A stretch of 64,000 nucleotides of DNA from positions 17,538,711 to 17,602,710 of the forward strand of contig MU054187.1 of NCBI GenBank assembly GCA_013239625.1, written 5' to 3'. Position 1 is the first letter of the stretch. Each line of letters starts with the position of its first letter. A program made the position numbers and the translations under genes. Shown in pieces: positions 26,355 through 40,967 of this stretch. The notes beneath the pieces were generated by a model. It was not told the origin of the DNA, did not search any database, and was given only the letters and a program-made list of their open reading frames with translations. Source of the DNA: Lama guanicoe (lineage: Eukaryota).

Positions 26355-27300
26355 ATATTAATTGAGTATCTACAACACTAGTAGATGAGAACATTGTTTG
26401 CATGGAGTTTACAACATAGTAGGGAAAACAAACTGTAAATATAACTATATATTTCATCAGTAACTAGACAGTCAGGTCAGGTTTTATAAGAACCTATAAA
26501 GAGGGAATATAATCTTGAATGGAAGTCATATGAAGCTGGGAATTCAAAGTTTATTTTGAAACTTAAATGATGAGAGTGCACTAATCATGGATTGAATGGT
26601 TCAAGAATGATTCAAATTGATGGCATAACCTGGAGAAAGTTCAGGGTTAAGGAAGGACATTTAAAAAAAATGCAGGATATTGAGTATTGCTGAAAATTTA
26701 TAGAAGAGAGACAGAGGCACCAGATAAGGCTGGAATAGTAGGCTGTAGCATAAGGCTCTTCCCCCAAATTCAAGAGAAAATATCACAGAGCTCTAAGCAG
26801 TTGAGTGAAATTCAGGCTGAAGTGCAGAGAATAAATAAGAGAGAAATAATACTGGAGTCAGGGAGAAAGTGAATGGGGATGTTACATCTGAGTAAGAAAT
26901 GTAGATGGTATGACAATGGACTAGAGAAGAGTGGACAAATATATATACGATGTAATTATGACAAGTCTTGGGGATTGTTACAATCAACCAGAGCTTAAGG
27001 GAGGAGAGAAGAGTGATGAATGACTCTCAGGTTCTCGCTTGGTCAATTGGGGTTAAAGTGATGCCATGTACTAAAATAGGAAACACTGGGGAAATTATCT
27101 GTTTGAGAGGAAACATTATGAATTTGATTTACTTTTTATGTTGTCTTTTACGTACCTGAGAGAATCCAAGAGGACATATTCGGTAGGCAATTTGGATCTA
27201 GAGTACAGAAGAATCAAAAGTTGGATGAAGATATAGATTTGATAATAGCATGCAGCTAATTCAGACATTCAGAGAAAGTAAGATCTTACGAAAAACTGTG
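26355..27300 (-). mobile_element. L2 3' region
   Basis: attgagtatctac...catggagtttaca...gaatgactctcaggtt...gtgatgcca...aaaataggaaacactgg. Confidence 0.7.
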
Positions 27301-27949
27301 AATGATCTTTATCTGTTTTGTGTTAACAAATTCGTATTGTTTATCTCTCTCTTTGGCACTAGGCACACTCAATTTTTATTCATTTCTTGCCCGTCACTTA
27401 TATGATATCAGCTATAATGGCACGATAATGCCTTATTCATTTCTGTGCCACCACACTTTAGTAGCATGTCTGGAACATACTAGACTTTCAAGAAATACTT
27501 GTTAGGTGAGTAGGTAAATTTATGATTCTTTGACTGAATGAATGAACAAGTGAAAATAACTTCAACTAGAACTCTGAACTCTTTTGAATTCCCAAAATTT
27601 TATTCACGTATGGGATCTGAATTAGCAGGTGTCTTTTCACAGCCCCCACCTAGGGTATCCATTACCCCTCTACATTCATGGCAGAACATAGAACTACAGT
27701 TTCTGAGTCTAGCTGCAAACTATAATCACTGGAGAATCCCATTTAATACACATATTCCTGGATATCTTCCCTTTCCTGATGAATCAATCTATGAGGATTA
27801 AGATTAACAACTCACTCAGATGATTCTTATGCAAGGAGCCTAAAATTGGTCCATCTACAGGGTCCATCTTCATAAGAAATTTTTATTACAATCTACCTTT
27901 TATGCTTTATTTTCTACCATTTGGCAACTTATACACTATGCTCTCATCA

Positions 27950-28335
27950 AAAAACTCTCATTTACAATCTCTTAAACAGGCTGTGTTTGTTCTCACATCC
28001 AGGATGTTCCTTCTGCCGGATCTGCCCCTGGTCTCCTCTCCACCTGGAAAACTCCTACTTACATTCAAAACCCAACTCCAAGACCTCGTCATTGTTGCTG
28101 TCCTCTTTAAATAACCTCAAGCAGAGTTATTTACTCCAAGTTCTGTTTTACAGTAACATTTTTATGATTTATTTATTTAATAGTACATCCTTACTCAACT
28201 GTAATAAGTTGTTTATGCATCTCTCACACTCTGTTTTGAGTTCCTCTGCCTTTAGCTTTTTTCTTTTATCTCTGGCTCATAAACACACTGCTTAACCCAT
28301 ATTAGGTACTCAGAAAATATAGGCCGAGTGAATAA
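27950..28335 (+). mobile_element. L2 3' end
   Basis: cacctggaaaactcctacttacattcaaaacccaactc...taggtactcagaaaatat...gagtgaat. Confidence 0.65.
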
Positions 28336-31300
28336 AAACACCTTTCAGCTCCACTATTTTGTGAACTTTCATTTAAAATGACTTCAGAATACCCCTTCCT
28401 TTCCTAACTTAATTTCTAGTGCTAATGAGTGTATGCTTAAAACACAGTCAGCAACCGACAGAATTAGTGTTCTCACTGGAGTCCATGTCTACAGCCAACC
28501 CGCTTATAATTTTATCTGACACACAACTGCCAGACGTGTTCTAAAAAAAAAAAAAAATGACGTATCAACCCCTCAGTTATTGGAAAACTTCCAGAAGCTC
28601 TCAATTCTTTATTGTACCGGGTTTAATCTTTTCTACCTGATTTTTCCAATACTCTCTGTCTTACCTAATCTATTCAGAACTGCCTCCCCCCCCACCAACC
28701 TCAACCTTCATCTTTAATTGTTTTCACATCATGATCTGCATTTGCCCATAGAACCTAGGCACATTTCAGTTTCTAATGCTAGTTGCATCACTAGAAGTTA
28801 AAGAGGCATTTTTATCATGATAAAAAATTAAGTAAATGGAAAGATGATAGGACTGGGAAAATTACTACCTGAAACAAAATAATTCTAGGAACTGGAGGGA
28901 TCAGGCCAGCCAGCTTTGTTTACTTCAGACTCAAATCAATTCCTTGTCTTTACCTGAGCTCTGGTTACCCTCAGGACTATATATACAGTGAATGAACAGG
29001 GCCACTATCTGAGACGTGTCTGGGTCCTTCGTATAGCACCTGGGGGAGTGGTAAATCAATGTTTGTTGATTGATGACTCAGTAGGTCTGGTTAAGCCTCA
29101 CCATCAGAGGTCCAGATTTTTTAACAAGCTTCTCAAAGTTTTCATTCCAAAGAGGAAACTAAAGAAAACCAGATGACAAGAGTTTCAGACTGTAAAATGT
29201 TCTGGTTGTCGAATTTAAAGTAGAGCTCTCCTCTGCCATGGAGAGGCTGGCTGGTGCCAATTTCAAATTTTGTTCTTTGGTGTCTGGATAAAGCCTGCTC
29301 TGCCAGTGAGCTGACAGGTCAAGAGCACTCCAGGTACCCCAGGCACATTAGAACATTCTACTTTCCATAGTGTTCCTGCATTACCTAGGGGAAGGACTAT
29401 GTTCACAATGAAAAGCACGAGTAATCATCGGTAGTGAGAGTTCCATTTCCTAGGTGCCCACGTTAAGAGTCTGGTAGAGTTAACACTCCCTCTAACATAA
29501 ATTGTGTATTGAAATGAGAAAATTATCACCTAAGATGGCCAAAGAGATTAAGGGAGTTGGCCCAGCTGACCACAGGAGACACCTTTCATTCAAAACCTAA
29601 ACCCCAAAATAATGATTGTGATCAAGGAGCTTTCCAGCACTTAAGGGATTCAAAAAGCATATTAATCCACCTCCAGCAACAGTGCCAATTTAGAAGAATG
29701 ATTAACTTCCTCTCCCACCTGATTCAACCTGGCATGCATACTACACCACTCTAAGTGCTAGCAGACTCTATGCTTATGGCTTCCATTAGGTAGCATGTAG
29801 TATCCATGAAAAGTTTCTTCAAGATGTAATTACTTTTGAGACCATAAACATTTCAAATAGGAAAAAGAGAAAAAGAGAGGAGCTGCAAGTAAAGAAAACT
29901 AGGAGAAAAAAATAAGAAAATACCTCAAAATATAAGCATGTTGATTCAAGCAGGAATTCAGAGGTGATTTACCAATACTAGATGAGCATTTGTTCTGTCT
30001 CTGCTTTAAATAAAGTACTCTGTTCTATTGGTTAGGTGTTGTACTTGTTTACTATCTAATGTATGTTAAAAACTGCTTGAAATAGAGATTTATTCATTGT
30101 GGAATTCTAAACACCTAGCTGGATGAACCACACAAGCAAGGGGAGATCCAGGGGCATGAAGGACCCCGCAAAGGCTCTGTAATCCACTCTTACCTATGAC
30201 TCTTTGAGATTCAGTCTCCTCCTCTACGTAGAGTTCATAAAACTTAATGTAGATAAAACACTAGGGACACAAAAGGTACTCGAGTTGGCTGATTCTTAAT
30301 CAGCAAGTATTTAATACTACTTTTCAAATATCTTCCTTTAGGAAAACAAATATCTTTCATTTGCAATGAGGTGTTTTTTTTTTAATTCTATACTTCGAAA
30401 GAAAAATGCATTTAGTGAACAATTTATTTCTTTGCCTCCCTGTCTTACTTGATTGGCAATACTGGGGAGGGGCTGGGTTATCTCAAGCAGTTCTCTCCCT
30501 GGGACTGGCATTTCAGACCTTCCTAAAAGCATGTTTCCCTGCTCTTTCTTTCCACCCTATATCAATTCTACTTAAAATGCCTTGATCCTCTGTTAAAATG
30601 CAAAGAACCTTGGAAAAATAAGAAGCAAAATGTTTGTCATTGCCAGCTCTGGTATGAATATATCAGAGACTAAATTCTAAGTAATGAAGCCAGGGTTGGA
30701 ACCTGTATCTGTCTGACTTCAGAAATCAGAAGTGTAGCTACTACAAGGGGCTGAAGTGGGACTCAGATCAAGGCCTAGAGTGGAGAGAAGTTTCCTCATC
30801 AGAAGGGGGAAGTCGTTTCCCCTTTGTTTAAGGGCAGCATTTAATTATCTCATAATTAGCAAGAGAATGACTATGGTGTTTTTTACGAACAGGATGTAAG
30901 ATAGTGTTCAAATAAAATCCCCCAAAGTGACACAGAAACATAAGGCAATCCTTCTGAGCTACAACCCTCCTTAAGCCACATCGCACCGCACCATTCTTCT
31001 CACACAGCCTGGAAAGTGCCAAGAAAGGGGACACTGAGAAGCACCACACTAACATTAGAAGCAGATCTCATTTTAAGGAAGTTCTATTTCAAGGACTAAA
31101 GTTTCTCCAAAGATGAGTGACCTCTTTTCTCGAGAAACTTCTGTGAAATAATCAAGAAGCCAGGGATGGTGGTATTAATTGTTCGAACTACAGGGATTTA
31201 TTTTGCAAAAAGAAGTGCCAATGAGAAAGTGAAGTGATCAACAATGACTTAACACAACGGCTTTAGAAGTAGATTTTTAAATCTAATTTTAGATTAATTA

Positions 31301-33939
31301 ATTGTTAGAAAAATCTTACTAAGTTTGTTCATTTAGAGGAAATCTGTGCAAGCCTCTGAAACCAAGAGGTATTTTATCATAAGTGATAAGGTCACTAGAC
31401 ACTAACCCAAGAGCTCAGATGGCCACCATATAGTCACTCCTGATGATTACACTAACAAGAAGTAACAATATGTCTTTAGGAAACTAGTATGAAAGAAAAA
31501 CATCTTATGATACAATTTTTTGCAGGTGACTCTTTGATCTCATAGAAGTGTGTTAATTTCCCAAAGTTGGGGCTGGATCTTACCTCTAGAAAATGCTCCT
31601 ATAAACATTGCATTGAAAATCTTCTCTTTTATTCTTTATTGTGAACACCGCATATGTTATCAGAAGAGCAATAAAAAGTATTGACTATGAAATTATTTTT
31701 CTAGTAGTGGAATTGGGGTGAATACAACTTGCATTTTATTGTATTCCTGCAAAAAGAGGAAGTTCTTTTCCACAAAGACTCTCATCAATATTAACTCTGG
31801 AAAAAAATGTTTGTAGTTGTCTCATGGCTTAGTGGTGACAGACTCACTTTTTCACTTGCCTCTGTTACGGAAAACAGGGCCCACTTTGGGCTGATAATTT
31901 ATGCTGTGGTGGGGGGGATAAAAAGAAAGAAAAATACCCTCATTAACATTGTTCTTTAACTAGCTCAGCTAAACAGCGGCAATTAAAAAACAACTTTACA
32001 TTTCATACATTTCTTCCAGAAGGATGAAAAGCTGAGATATGTTAACCCTGAATTTATGGTTTGGGCAGATACCAAGTTAGATTACTCTCTGTCAAAGCAG
32101 AAATCAACCTCTTACAGGGAATAAGTGCTAATTAAGAAAAACAGAGTAAGCATATTATGTTAAGCATATTTGTTTCTTTTCTCTTCACTTTGACTGTGCA
32201 AGCTCTAACCATGGTTTCCGGAGTGATCATCAATGCTCCCTAAGAACGCCAAGGCAGTGTTCTGTCCAGCTGGTAGGGAGCAGAGACCAGTCAGAATGCT
32301 GATGCTCTCCACAAAGGAGGCAGGGAGCCAATGCAATCAGGGAATATTATCTCTGCCTTGAGTGCTTGTTACAGAACAGTATCTTCTCATGACTTCTCTG
32401 TCCCTTCTTTGCCTTATGTAGCTTCATATGTATACGGTTTACAAGTCTTTAGTAAGAGAAAACTGCAAATGTCCAGGAAAAAGATAAAACTGCTTCGGCC
32501 TAGAAAGGTGTCTCTGGTCCAGGGGAAGAAGATGCAGAGTTAATCCCAGGGAAGAGTCAACTCTCGAAATAACTACATGAAACATAGATGCTTCCAGAAT
32601 TTACCCAAGTTCTCACTGATCAGGCTACAAGTAATGTTAATTATTATTTCTTTTAAATTATAATAGATAAAAATGCCAGCAGTATGCTAAGAATATTTAA
32701 CACTTGTTTATCTTTTTTTGTTATAGCCTTCCTCGTCCCAGGCTCCAGCCCACAATTGCAGTAACTGACATATAGATCTTAAGAGAGGACTTCCTTCTAA
32801 TGTAATGGTGCATTGAATACAGAAGCGAAGAACTATGAAAGATTCCTATATATTTATAAAGTGAATCAGCATCAAACTAAGGAGAACGCTTCCCCCAAAA
32901 TTAGTTGACAGCCATCAAAGAGTTGCTCCTATTAGTGAATGCATGAAATGACTTTGAAGTTCTCAGTAGCCACTGCTTCTAAAGCAACCAATAGCTTTAT
33001 AACTATTAGCTTACTTGTAGTAGATGAGTTTCTATTAGAGTTTATGTAATGCAATTGCTCACAAATTTTAAACAATTCTGTGGAGTAGCATTTTCAGTAT
33101 CTGTTTAAACGAAACGCCTTCCTAAGCTCAATATCAGCGTTTCTAGATTGTGTAAACTGCGAAATTACTGTGGAATATCTGGTAAACTTGATCGGAAACT
33201 CCAGATGTCAGCAATTTGCTGTGTAAGATTTAAAGTGGCCCATGCCGTTAACCTTCATCAGGAGCAATATGGTGGGCTGAGCCACAGGGTGCTCCCATCC
33301 GTCACATTCACCCAGGATAATGTGAGTGAGGATCAAAGGGCAGTGAGACATGGACCTCCACGAGCAGAGTCCACTGGCAAGAAATGGCCTAAGTCAGCTC
33401 TTGTTACTGAAGAAAATAACCCTTTAAGAATCAGCTGGAATCCTATTTTAAGTTTTAGTGGGGGAAGGATACTATCTAAACATTGATGAAATGCAATTCT
33501 TAATACCTCTTTGTTTTTCTGGGTTATACATAGGATTTCAAATAGTGACAGACTTTACAAAGGAAATTTTTTTTCTACGGCATTTTTGTGGCATAGCAGA
33601 TAGAAGTGAGGTCAATATTTCTTTGAAAAAATAAAGTTAAAAAGTTTATAGAGTAAGATTAAGTCGTGATTAATTCTAAAAATATGTTGAGTCAAAGGAA
33701 CATGAAAATTGAACAGATAGAAGAAGAGGGCTGGACTTCCCTGATCCTCAGCTGTGACCTTTTCTCTGGTGTCCGAATATGGTTGTGTAACTACTTTAAC
33801 CCCAGTGGATTTTCCGAGACTAGAATCTTCAGACTTTGGTAGCTCCTACTTGCCCCCATACAAACACCTTCCCACACACACATTTATTTTTTAACCAGTT
33901 GTTCTCAGGGATGTTTTTCTTTATACAATTACTGCAGTT

Positions 33940-34375
33940 GTGTGTTAGACTATTGGCCCCCAGTGCAGCATGCCTCCCTGTTTCCTCGCCCTGAGCAGTT
34001 CCCTTCCACGTTCGTTGACCTGCGCTTGTTCATGTGACTTGCTTTTGCCCAATGGCATAACAAGAGCTGACGCTTGGATAGTCCTTGTGCATTAGGGCTT
34101 GTCCTCACAGAAACCTGCCCCGTTAGGAACCTGGCTAGCCTGACAGAGACACGTGGCCCAGCCCACGGCCAGCACCAGTGGCCAGACATGCGAAAGCAAC
34201 CAGCTCCAGTCAGGCAGTCAGATGACGGCTGCCTCGCGAATGACCTTCAGGCGAAAGCAGCATAGATCCAACCAGCAGATCCCCACCTGCCCTGCTGATT
34301 GACAAATTGTGAGGAGATAAAATGCCTCTTCTTGTAAACCACCAAGTTTTCATAGTAGTCCTTCACACAGGAACA
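33940..34375 (+). mobile_element. MaLR solo LTR, MLT1F/G/H-like
   Basis: ttcatgtgacttgctttt...caatggc, gagacacgtggcccag, ccagacatg, aaaccaccaagtttt. Confidence 0.7.
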
Positions 34376-35019
34376 AAGACAGCAGTCTTCATCGTTAGAA
34401 TTTCTCATTTTACACCATAGTCCCCCTCAAATGAGTGTTCCTTTATCCAAGATGCTAGAAGAGAGAGAGCAACTGATGGAGCCTTAACGTATTTCTTAAA
34501 TGTGTGTATGTACTTATATTTTCAAATGACTATATTAATAAAATCAATTTTTATTTTATCAAAAAATCATTTTCTTCAGTTACTTTAAGAAGTGATGTAG
34601 AATTGGACTAAGCTTATAAACTTGGAGGCTCTAGAAAGGTTTCACTCCTTGGATCCAAGTCCTAGTGTACTTTATGTCTGCATTAACCAATTAAGATTTC
34701 ATTTTAAAACTCTGGCTAATGAGTCTTAGGACATGTTACCAGAGGAAAATAACACAGAAGCTGCCCACAGTTCCCCGCTTTAACATACTGACATGATTGG
34801 GCAATGCTTCATATGCGGGGCTCTTTCAGCACTACCTTCCTCTAAATCATGGCCGTCTAGTACCCTGTACATAGTCTTCTTGACTGATAGGGAATTTATA
34901 AAACACAGGAAACCATGCACTTAATAGCTTGAAGCCTGAAAAGGGAGACTGATACAACATAATGCTGACTAGGATAATGATTCCTAAAATTTTGTTTTAA
35001 ATATGAATGGTAGAGGATT

Positions 35020-36560
35020 CTGGGGAAATGATGGTGGCTACAGAGATTTTTTAATCTCTGAATGTCCCACCCCTCCCCTAAAGACACACTAAATAAGAAA
35101 AGAAACAGAAAAACGTCTAGGATAGCAAGACTGAAACCCCACGGACATCTACAATGCGCATGTTCACATGAACTGCAATGTACGACCAGGTAGGATCAGT
35201 AGGAAAAAGATGTACATATGTGTGTCCCAAAGTACCTGGGAAGAGGTCGTGGAAGGAAAGGTGATTTTTGTCTTTCAGGACAGCCAGATATTCCTATGAT
35301 CCAAAACCTAAGATTCAAACACTCAGGAGAATAGCAGCAGAAACTGGGAGTAAACATCACAGGTCCCACTTTGCAGCTGAGTGCAAGAACTTTGACGTGT
35401 TCTGAGGGCACTGAAGAGTTCTGGGGTCTCTGAAACCTTCATACCTATTGAGCCAAAATATCCTTCCAGAACCAATCCCCACGCTCAACAGGGACAGGAA
35501 AGAGGAGGCCTGGATATGTGGTAATAGGAGGGCAGAGGAGGAAGATTTTAGAAATTATAAGGTCATTTTAAAAACTACATCATCAAAACAATAGAAGATA
35601 GTGAGCCCTGGAGTTTCGAAGCTAGAAATTATATTCTGATCTATGCTCCCCTCCTAAAGTAGAAACTTACTTCATTCAAAAATGAGTGACAGAGAAGTAT
35701 TCCATTCAACTCTCATAGAAAAATTAGTGAGAAAAAAAAAGAAAATTAAAGATGAGAAGAAAGTTCCAACAAATCCTGAAAGCATGACAGAAAGACAAGC
35801 CCACAGACAAATGAAATCTATTGCCCAATATTTTAAAAAAGGAAGAAAAAGTAAAACAAATTTTAAAAGGGACAGAGACTGGGTTTTTTAAAAAATATAA
35901 AAGAGAAGTAGAAAAACTCAGAAATGAAGCGATTAGAGAATAGGAAGATTTGAAAAGGTGAAAAAATTCAGTAAGTAATTTGTTTAAAAAAGAAAATGTC
36001 TTGAAAGAAGATTAGAAGGTTAAACTAGAAGGAACACAAGTTTGAATAAAATGGATAATGTCTCCTTGGAGAAATGGCTGATTTCAAATCCAACACAAGA
36101 AATGAACAAGATGTTCTTGTTACATCTTGTCATACAAGAGAGCTGGAGAGACCATCAGAGACTACTGTGGGTGTATCGAAAGGACTCAGAAGCCAACCTG
36201 CATAGGATCCACGGACCTGAGAGGGGACAATCTGTGCACCGATAATGATGGCAACTTTAGTGAAAACAATGACAAAGAAATAAAATATCTAATTGGTCAT
36301 CTTTGGAAGCTACACTGAGCCAATTTTCCTCTCTCTTTCTCTCTCTCTCTCTTTGAAAGTAAAACTGGTAAATAAAATGAAAGAAGCATTTATTCTGCTT
36401 TTTCTAATTAAACTGTATCTCAGGGCAACCAAATAGTTGGTGAAATAATACTCAAGATAGGAAATGAATAATAATAATGTAATTAGTGGAATATCACCAT
36501 TTGGTATGCATAATAAATTAATGGGTCTAGGCATTGATCATTAATGGCTGCAACATCCCA
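35020..36560 (+). mobile_element. Old L1 fragments (5'UTR/ORF1 and L1MD-type 3' piece)
   Basis: Purine/A-rich ORF1-like text; ggagaaatggctgatt...aaatgaacaagatg; aattagtggaatatcaccatt. Confidence 0.6.
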
Positions 36561-37876
36561 GTAAGACTTTAAAACTGTTTTGAGCTCAACTGACCTGTAG
36601 TTTCAATGGAAACAGAGGAGAAACAGAGTATTCATTCAGATACCTGTGATCCATTCCCCATCTTTCCTTATGTAACAATCAATTAGGACTATACTAATTT
36701 GTCAAGAATTCACCAATCTTTTATTTTCTAAGATTTGGTAAGGTTACAAAATCAAGTCCTGTTGCAGAATTTAGCAATTTCAAAATCACTCATCCATGTT
36801 AGTTACTACAATAAAATATTATGAAAATTAGAAAACCTCTGGCTACAGGCTGAGAAATGACCCTTCAGTGATTCACTCAAGGTGAACTGGCACTCAGACC
36901 ACACCTGAGTTGGAATTCGAATTCCAAAGTGGACCGTTAAACCACAGCTTATCTCTTCTTTTGAAAGCCTTTAAAAATGAACCTGTTGCCTGACCTTTGA
37001 GATTCTGCAAAGAGACCATATTTAGATTCTTTGTCTCTTTTAACTTCCCTAGCCCCCTTCTCTAGTTTCAGAAAAGTGATTCCAGGATAGGCACAATGAG
37101 TTCAAATAGTCTGGCTAAAAAGATAATTTAGTCTGCTCTGCAGCCAGGTGACTCAAAGAATAAATCAATTGGCTTCCATATTTGTTAGCTTCTTCATGGG
37201 CTTTGTTTAGAAGGGTCTCAGGTTAGGCAAGCAGCCTGTCGGCCGCCTGATGTAACTCTGCGGAAATCTCATGGCATAGATATGAAATGCGTCTATGACA
37301 CCTTTCATTCAGTCTTAGATGCACAATTTACTGCTTCTTTAGACCTGGAAAATATATTCAGCCAAAGAAGGAGGAAAGAGAAAATTTGTATACTGCCTCA
37401 CACCCCCGACCCCCTAGGACCTTATTTTCCCCTTGTTTCATCAGAAAACGATGTATACCATAAGAAAGATTTTTTTAATTATTAGAGTAAATATTTAAGT
37501 GTACTAAATCTCTATATTTATTAAAGTTCCTCAAATATAGTTACCTTTCCGTCTCTCTAAAAAAAAGCAAAAGATGCAGCTGTTTTTTTTCTTGACTCAA
37601 GTTTTATGGATATTAATTATTATTCCACATCGGAACCCAACATGTTTTTAGTAGGCTTTTGAGACATACAGAGCTGTTTATTCCTACACTAAATGGCACT
37701 TCTTTCTCCTCTGCTTTCTGCTTACACTTTTTCTGCTGCAATTATATCCTACCGAGGCTGCTACATGTCAGTGATCTGCGGTTCTGAAGGTGAGACTGCA
37801 TATTCTTCCTTCTACAGGATAATAAGAAAGCGTTTTAGGATGACTGCCTTCAGAAGCCTCCTTTTCTTCTCATTCC

Positions 37877-38307
37877 TGTTGGGCCCACTGACATCCTTCA
37901 AAGTCCAGTGACCCCCATTCCTGGGCCAAAGTGCATGCTTTACTGGGCATGTTTCCCCTAACAAACTAAAAGCCCTAGGTGATGCTCAGGCTGGCTTGTT
38001 TCAGCCCACCTTATCAGAGTCGTAAACCCCACTGCCCTTCATGGACCCTAAATCTCTTACCTCACCTACAACCAATCAGAGGCTTGTACATAAGCTGATC
38101 GGGCACCTTGTAGCCCTACCTTATAAAAGACCCCAATAACCAGCCCTCAGTGCTCACACAGGCACCTGTAGCCTGTGTGGACCACTGTTGTCTATCACAG
38201 TGTACCCCAATAAATTCCTTTCTTTTCCCTTACTTTATCTCTGGCAAATTATTTTACCAACCCACATGTCACTGGCTTACCAAAAAGCCACTGTGTGTTC
38301 CACAAAA
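37877..38307 (+). mobile_element. ERVL-type solo LTR with perfect 5-bp TSD
   Basis: TG start at 37877, CCAAT 38072, TATAAAA 38122, AATAAA 38209. Flanked by attcc (37872-37876) and attcc (38308-38312). Confidence 0.75.
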
Positions 38308-38551
38308 ATTCCCACTTCATATCTATGGTGGGACTTCTAAAACGGATGAGTAAACTCTGATCTAGTGATATATAAATCAATTATTTGATTTATTTGACTT
38401 ATATTCAAAGCAGCTCCCCCCAAAATAATGGCCTTTCTGCCTGTGGGATGCTGCCTAATCTACCACCTGGCTCTACCACCACCAACATCCAGATTTTGTC
38501 CATTTGTTACCTTGTACACTTGCAGGAACCGACTGAGTTTCTCTTGGTATA

Positions 38552-39122
38552 TTGTCCATCAACAGACAAATGGATAAAGAAAATATGGCACATATATACA
38601 GTGGAATATTATTCAGCCATAAAAAATAAGGAAATCCTGCCATTTGCAACAACATGGATGAAACTTGAGGGCATGATGCTAAATGAAGCAAGTCAGAGAG
38701 AGAAAGACAAACACTGTATAATCTCACTTACATGTGGAATCTGAAAAAGCTGAACGTATAGAAACAGAATAGAATGGTGGCTGTCAGGGGTGGAGAGTGG
38801 AGGAAATGGGGAGTTGCTGGTCAAAAGTTACAACCTTCCAATTATAAGAGGAAGAAATTCTGAGAGCCTAATGTACAGTATGATGACTATAGTTAACACT
38901 CTACTCCATACTTGAAAGTCGTTAAGAGAGTAGATCTTACATGTTCTAATTACACACACAAAAAAGGTCATTAATTGTGCGAGGTGATAGATATTTAACT
39001 GACCTTATTGTGGTAATAATTTTGCAATATATACATGTGCCAAATTATAGTATTGTACACCTTAAACTTACACAGTGTTATATGTCAATTATATCTCAGG
39101 AAAGCTAGAAAGAAACAAAAAA
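38552..39122 (+). mobile_element. L1MA-type 3' end (ORF2 C-terminus plus 3'UTR)
   Basis: Translation CPSTDKWIKKIWHIYTVEYYSAIKNKEILPFATTWMKLEGMMLNEASQREKDK is the L1 ORF2p C-terminus; 3'UTR and A-tail follow. Confidence 0.92.
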
Positions 39123-40162
39123 GTCAAATGAAGCAGGGTGAGGCTGGTGGAGAAAAGCCCCTGCCCTGAGCAGTACCGAGGTGGGCGGGGAGCCGCGGGC
39201 CTGTACCAGCCCTGCTGGGTAGACTCTGATCCCATGTGTGGGGAGAGAAGGGGGAAGCACAGCTGTGATCCTTGTTGCAGATCCTAGGCAGCCTCAGGCA
39301 ACTTTTCAAAATTAGATGCTGAACACTAATAAATGAAATTGCAAGAATTATACAAATGTCTTTATTCTACTGATGGTCCTCTTGGCAACTTTTTCCATCT
39401 AAATGCTGCTCTCTGCAGTTCTCAAATCAGGAACATAGAAGAGAAGCTTCCAAACTTTTCATTGTCAACCCCTACATCAAAAGAAACATTGAAATTTTAG
39501 GACCCCTAGTAAATGAAGCATCTTTTAAACTTTTGTGCCGGGGAAAATAAAAATAAGACACAGACTTTAAACATAGACTTTGTTTTACTTCAGTATGAGA
39601 GCTATTGAGCTATTTGGTGCCCCTATAAGGGGATAAGCAGATGATTACAGAAGCCTCTATCTCTTCCCACAGTTTGTGGCTATAGGGTTGGTCCTAGAAT
39701 TGCTCAATAGCTTTGTAGTTTGATTTAAGGGGATACTAAAACAACTTCCTGTTCCAAAATATCTCTGCTTTGTGGATACTGGAGGTGCCCTGCAATTGAC
39801 TCAAGAGATTGCTTATTTGTTTAAAAGTTAAATGAGTAGTCTCTATTTAAGAAGTGAGTACAAATTTCATGATAGTAATTACCCCACTCCATAGCTCAGA
39901 GAAAAACTCTGAGGGAAAGGAAAACTACAGGGCAAAATTTCAAGGTTCCATCCCCTATACATGAGATATTGATGTGCTTGTAAAACTTACAGAGGAACCT
40001 AGGAATTTGGTACATAGATCAGCAAAAGATGGTGGAAAATAAGACTACTCCCAGCCAGGAGGTAAATTAAGTAGGTAAAGTTGGTCTTTTATATTCTTTT
40101 CCCTCCTCATATACCTCTCCTCTTTCCTGTTCAGAATCTGTTCTGTATCTTCAATAGGCCTG

Positions 40163-40245
40163 CACACACACACACACACACACACGCACGCACACAAGTA
40201 TACGTAGCTTACATATATGCACACATGCATGTATGTACACATACA
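40163..40245. repeat. (CA)n microsatellite with degenerate purine-pyrimidine extension
   Basis: Direct inspection. Confidence 0.9.
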
Positions 40246-40967
40246 TTTTATTTTGTCTATATTTGACAGGCTTTAAAAATACTTGCATTTTAATAGAAAA
40301 TATTTAATGTCTGAGAAGCCTTTCTGACAAAGGAAGTTATTCCTGATACTGGTGGTTGACAGTTTCACAGAGAAAATTTGGGGAGTACGGAGATACGCTT
40401 GACCTTTCTCCACCCCATCTGCTACACCCTTGGGGAAAAGTCATCAACACATGGTCTCAATTCCTTAGCTAAGTCAAAAACAAGTTTACCAACAACAGAA
40501 TTTCACAAAGAATTCCCTACCTCATGTTAGACATTCAATATGTATTTATCTAAGAGAGGGAATCATCTGAAATTACAGTGAATGGCATTTAAGTCAACAT
40601 AGATATTTAAATGTAAGGTCAAGTTAAATCATCATTTGAAATTACATATGGAGTTTTACTTTCTGAAGAATATTTTGGAAAGTTCAACCCCTATTTTAGC
40701 TTAATTTTTCAGAGATGATATTTGGTCCAAATGATATCTTCAATTATTACTCTTTTATTGCAAGCAAAGAAGGATTTATATTCTCTTTTCATGAAATATG
40801 ATTGTTTGGCCAAAAAAAGAGTAAATATTTTATATGTTTGAAAACTCCAACAGTCAGGCTACTGATAACATTAATTAGTTTCAATAAATCTGAATGTTTC
40901 CTACTCTTTGTACCTGAAGAGTTGTATATTTAGCTCCTGGAAAATGGGCAATCCTGACCTTTACATA

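Noticed and set aside
39175..39205. Small GC box/CpG cluster (gggcggggagccgcggg)
   Set aside because: About 30 bp, far too short for a CpG island, with no other promoter evidence.
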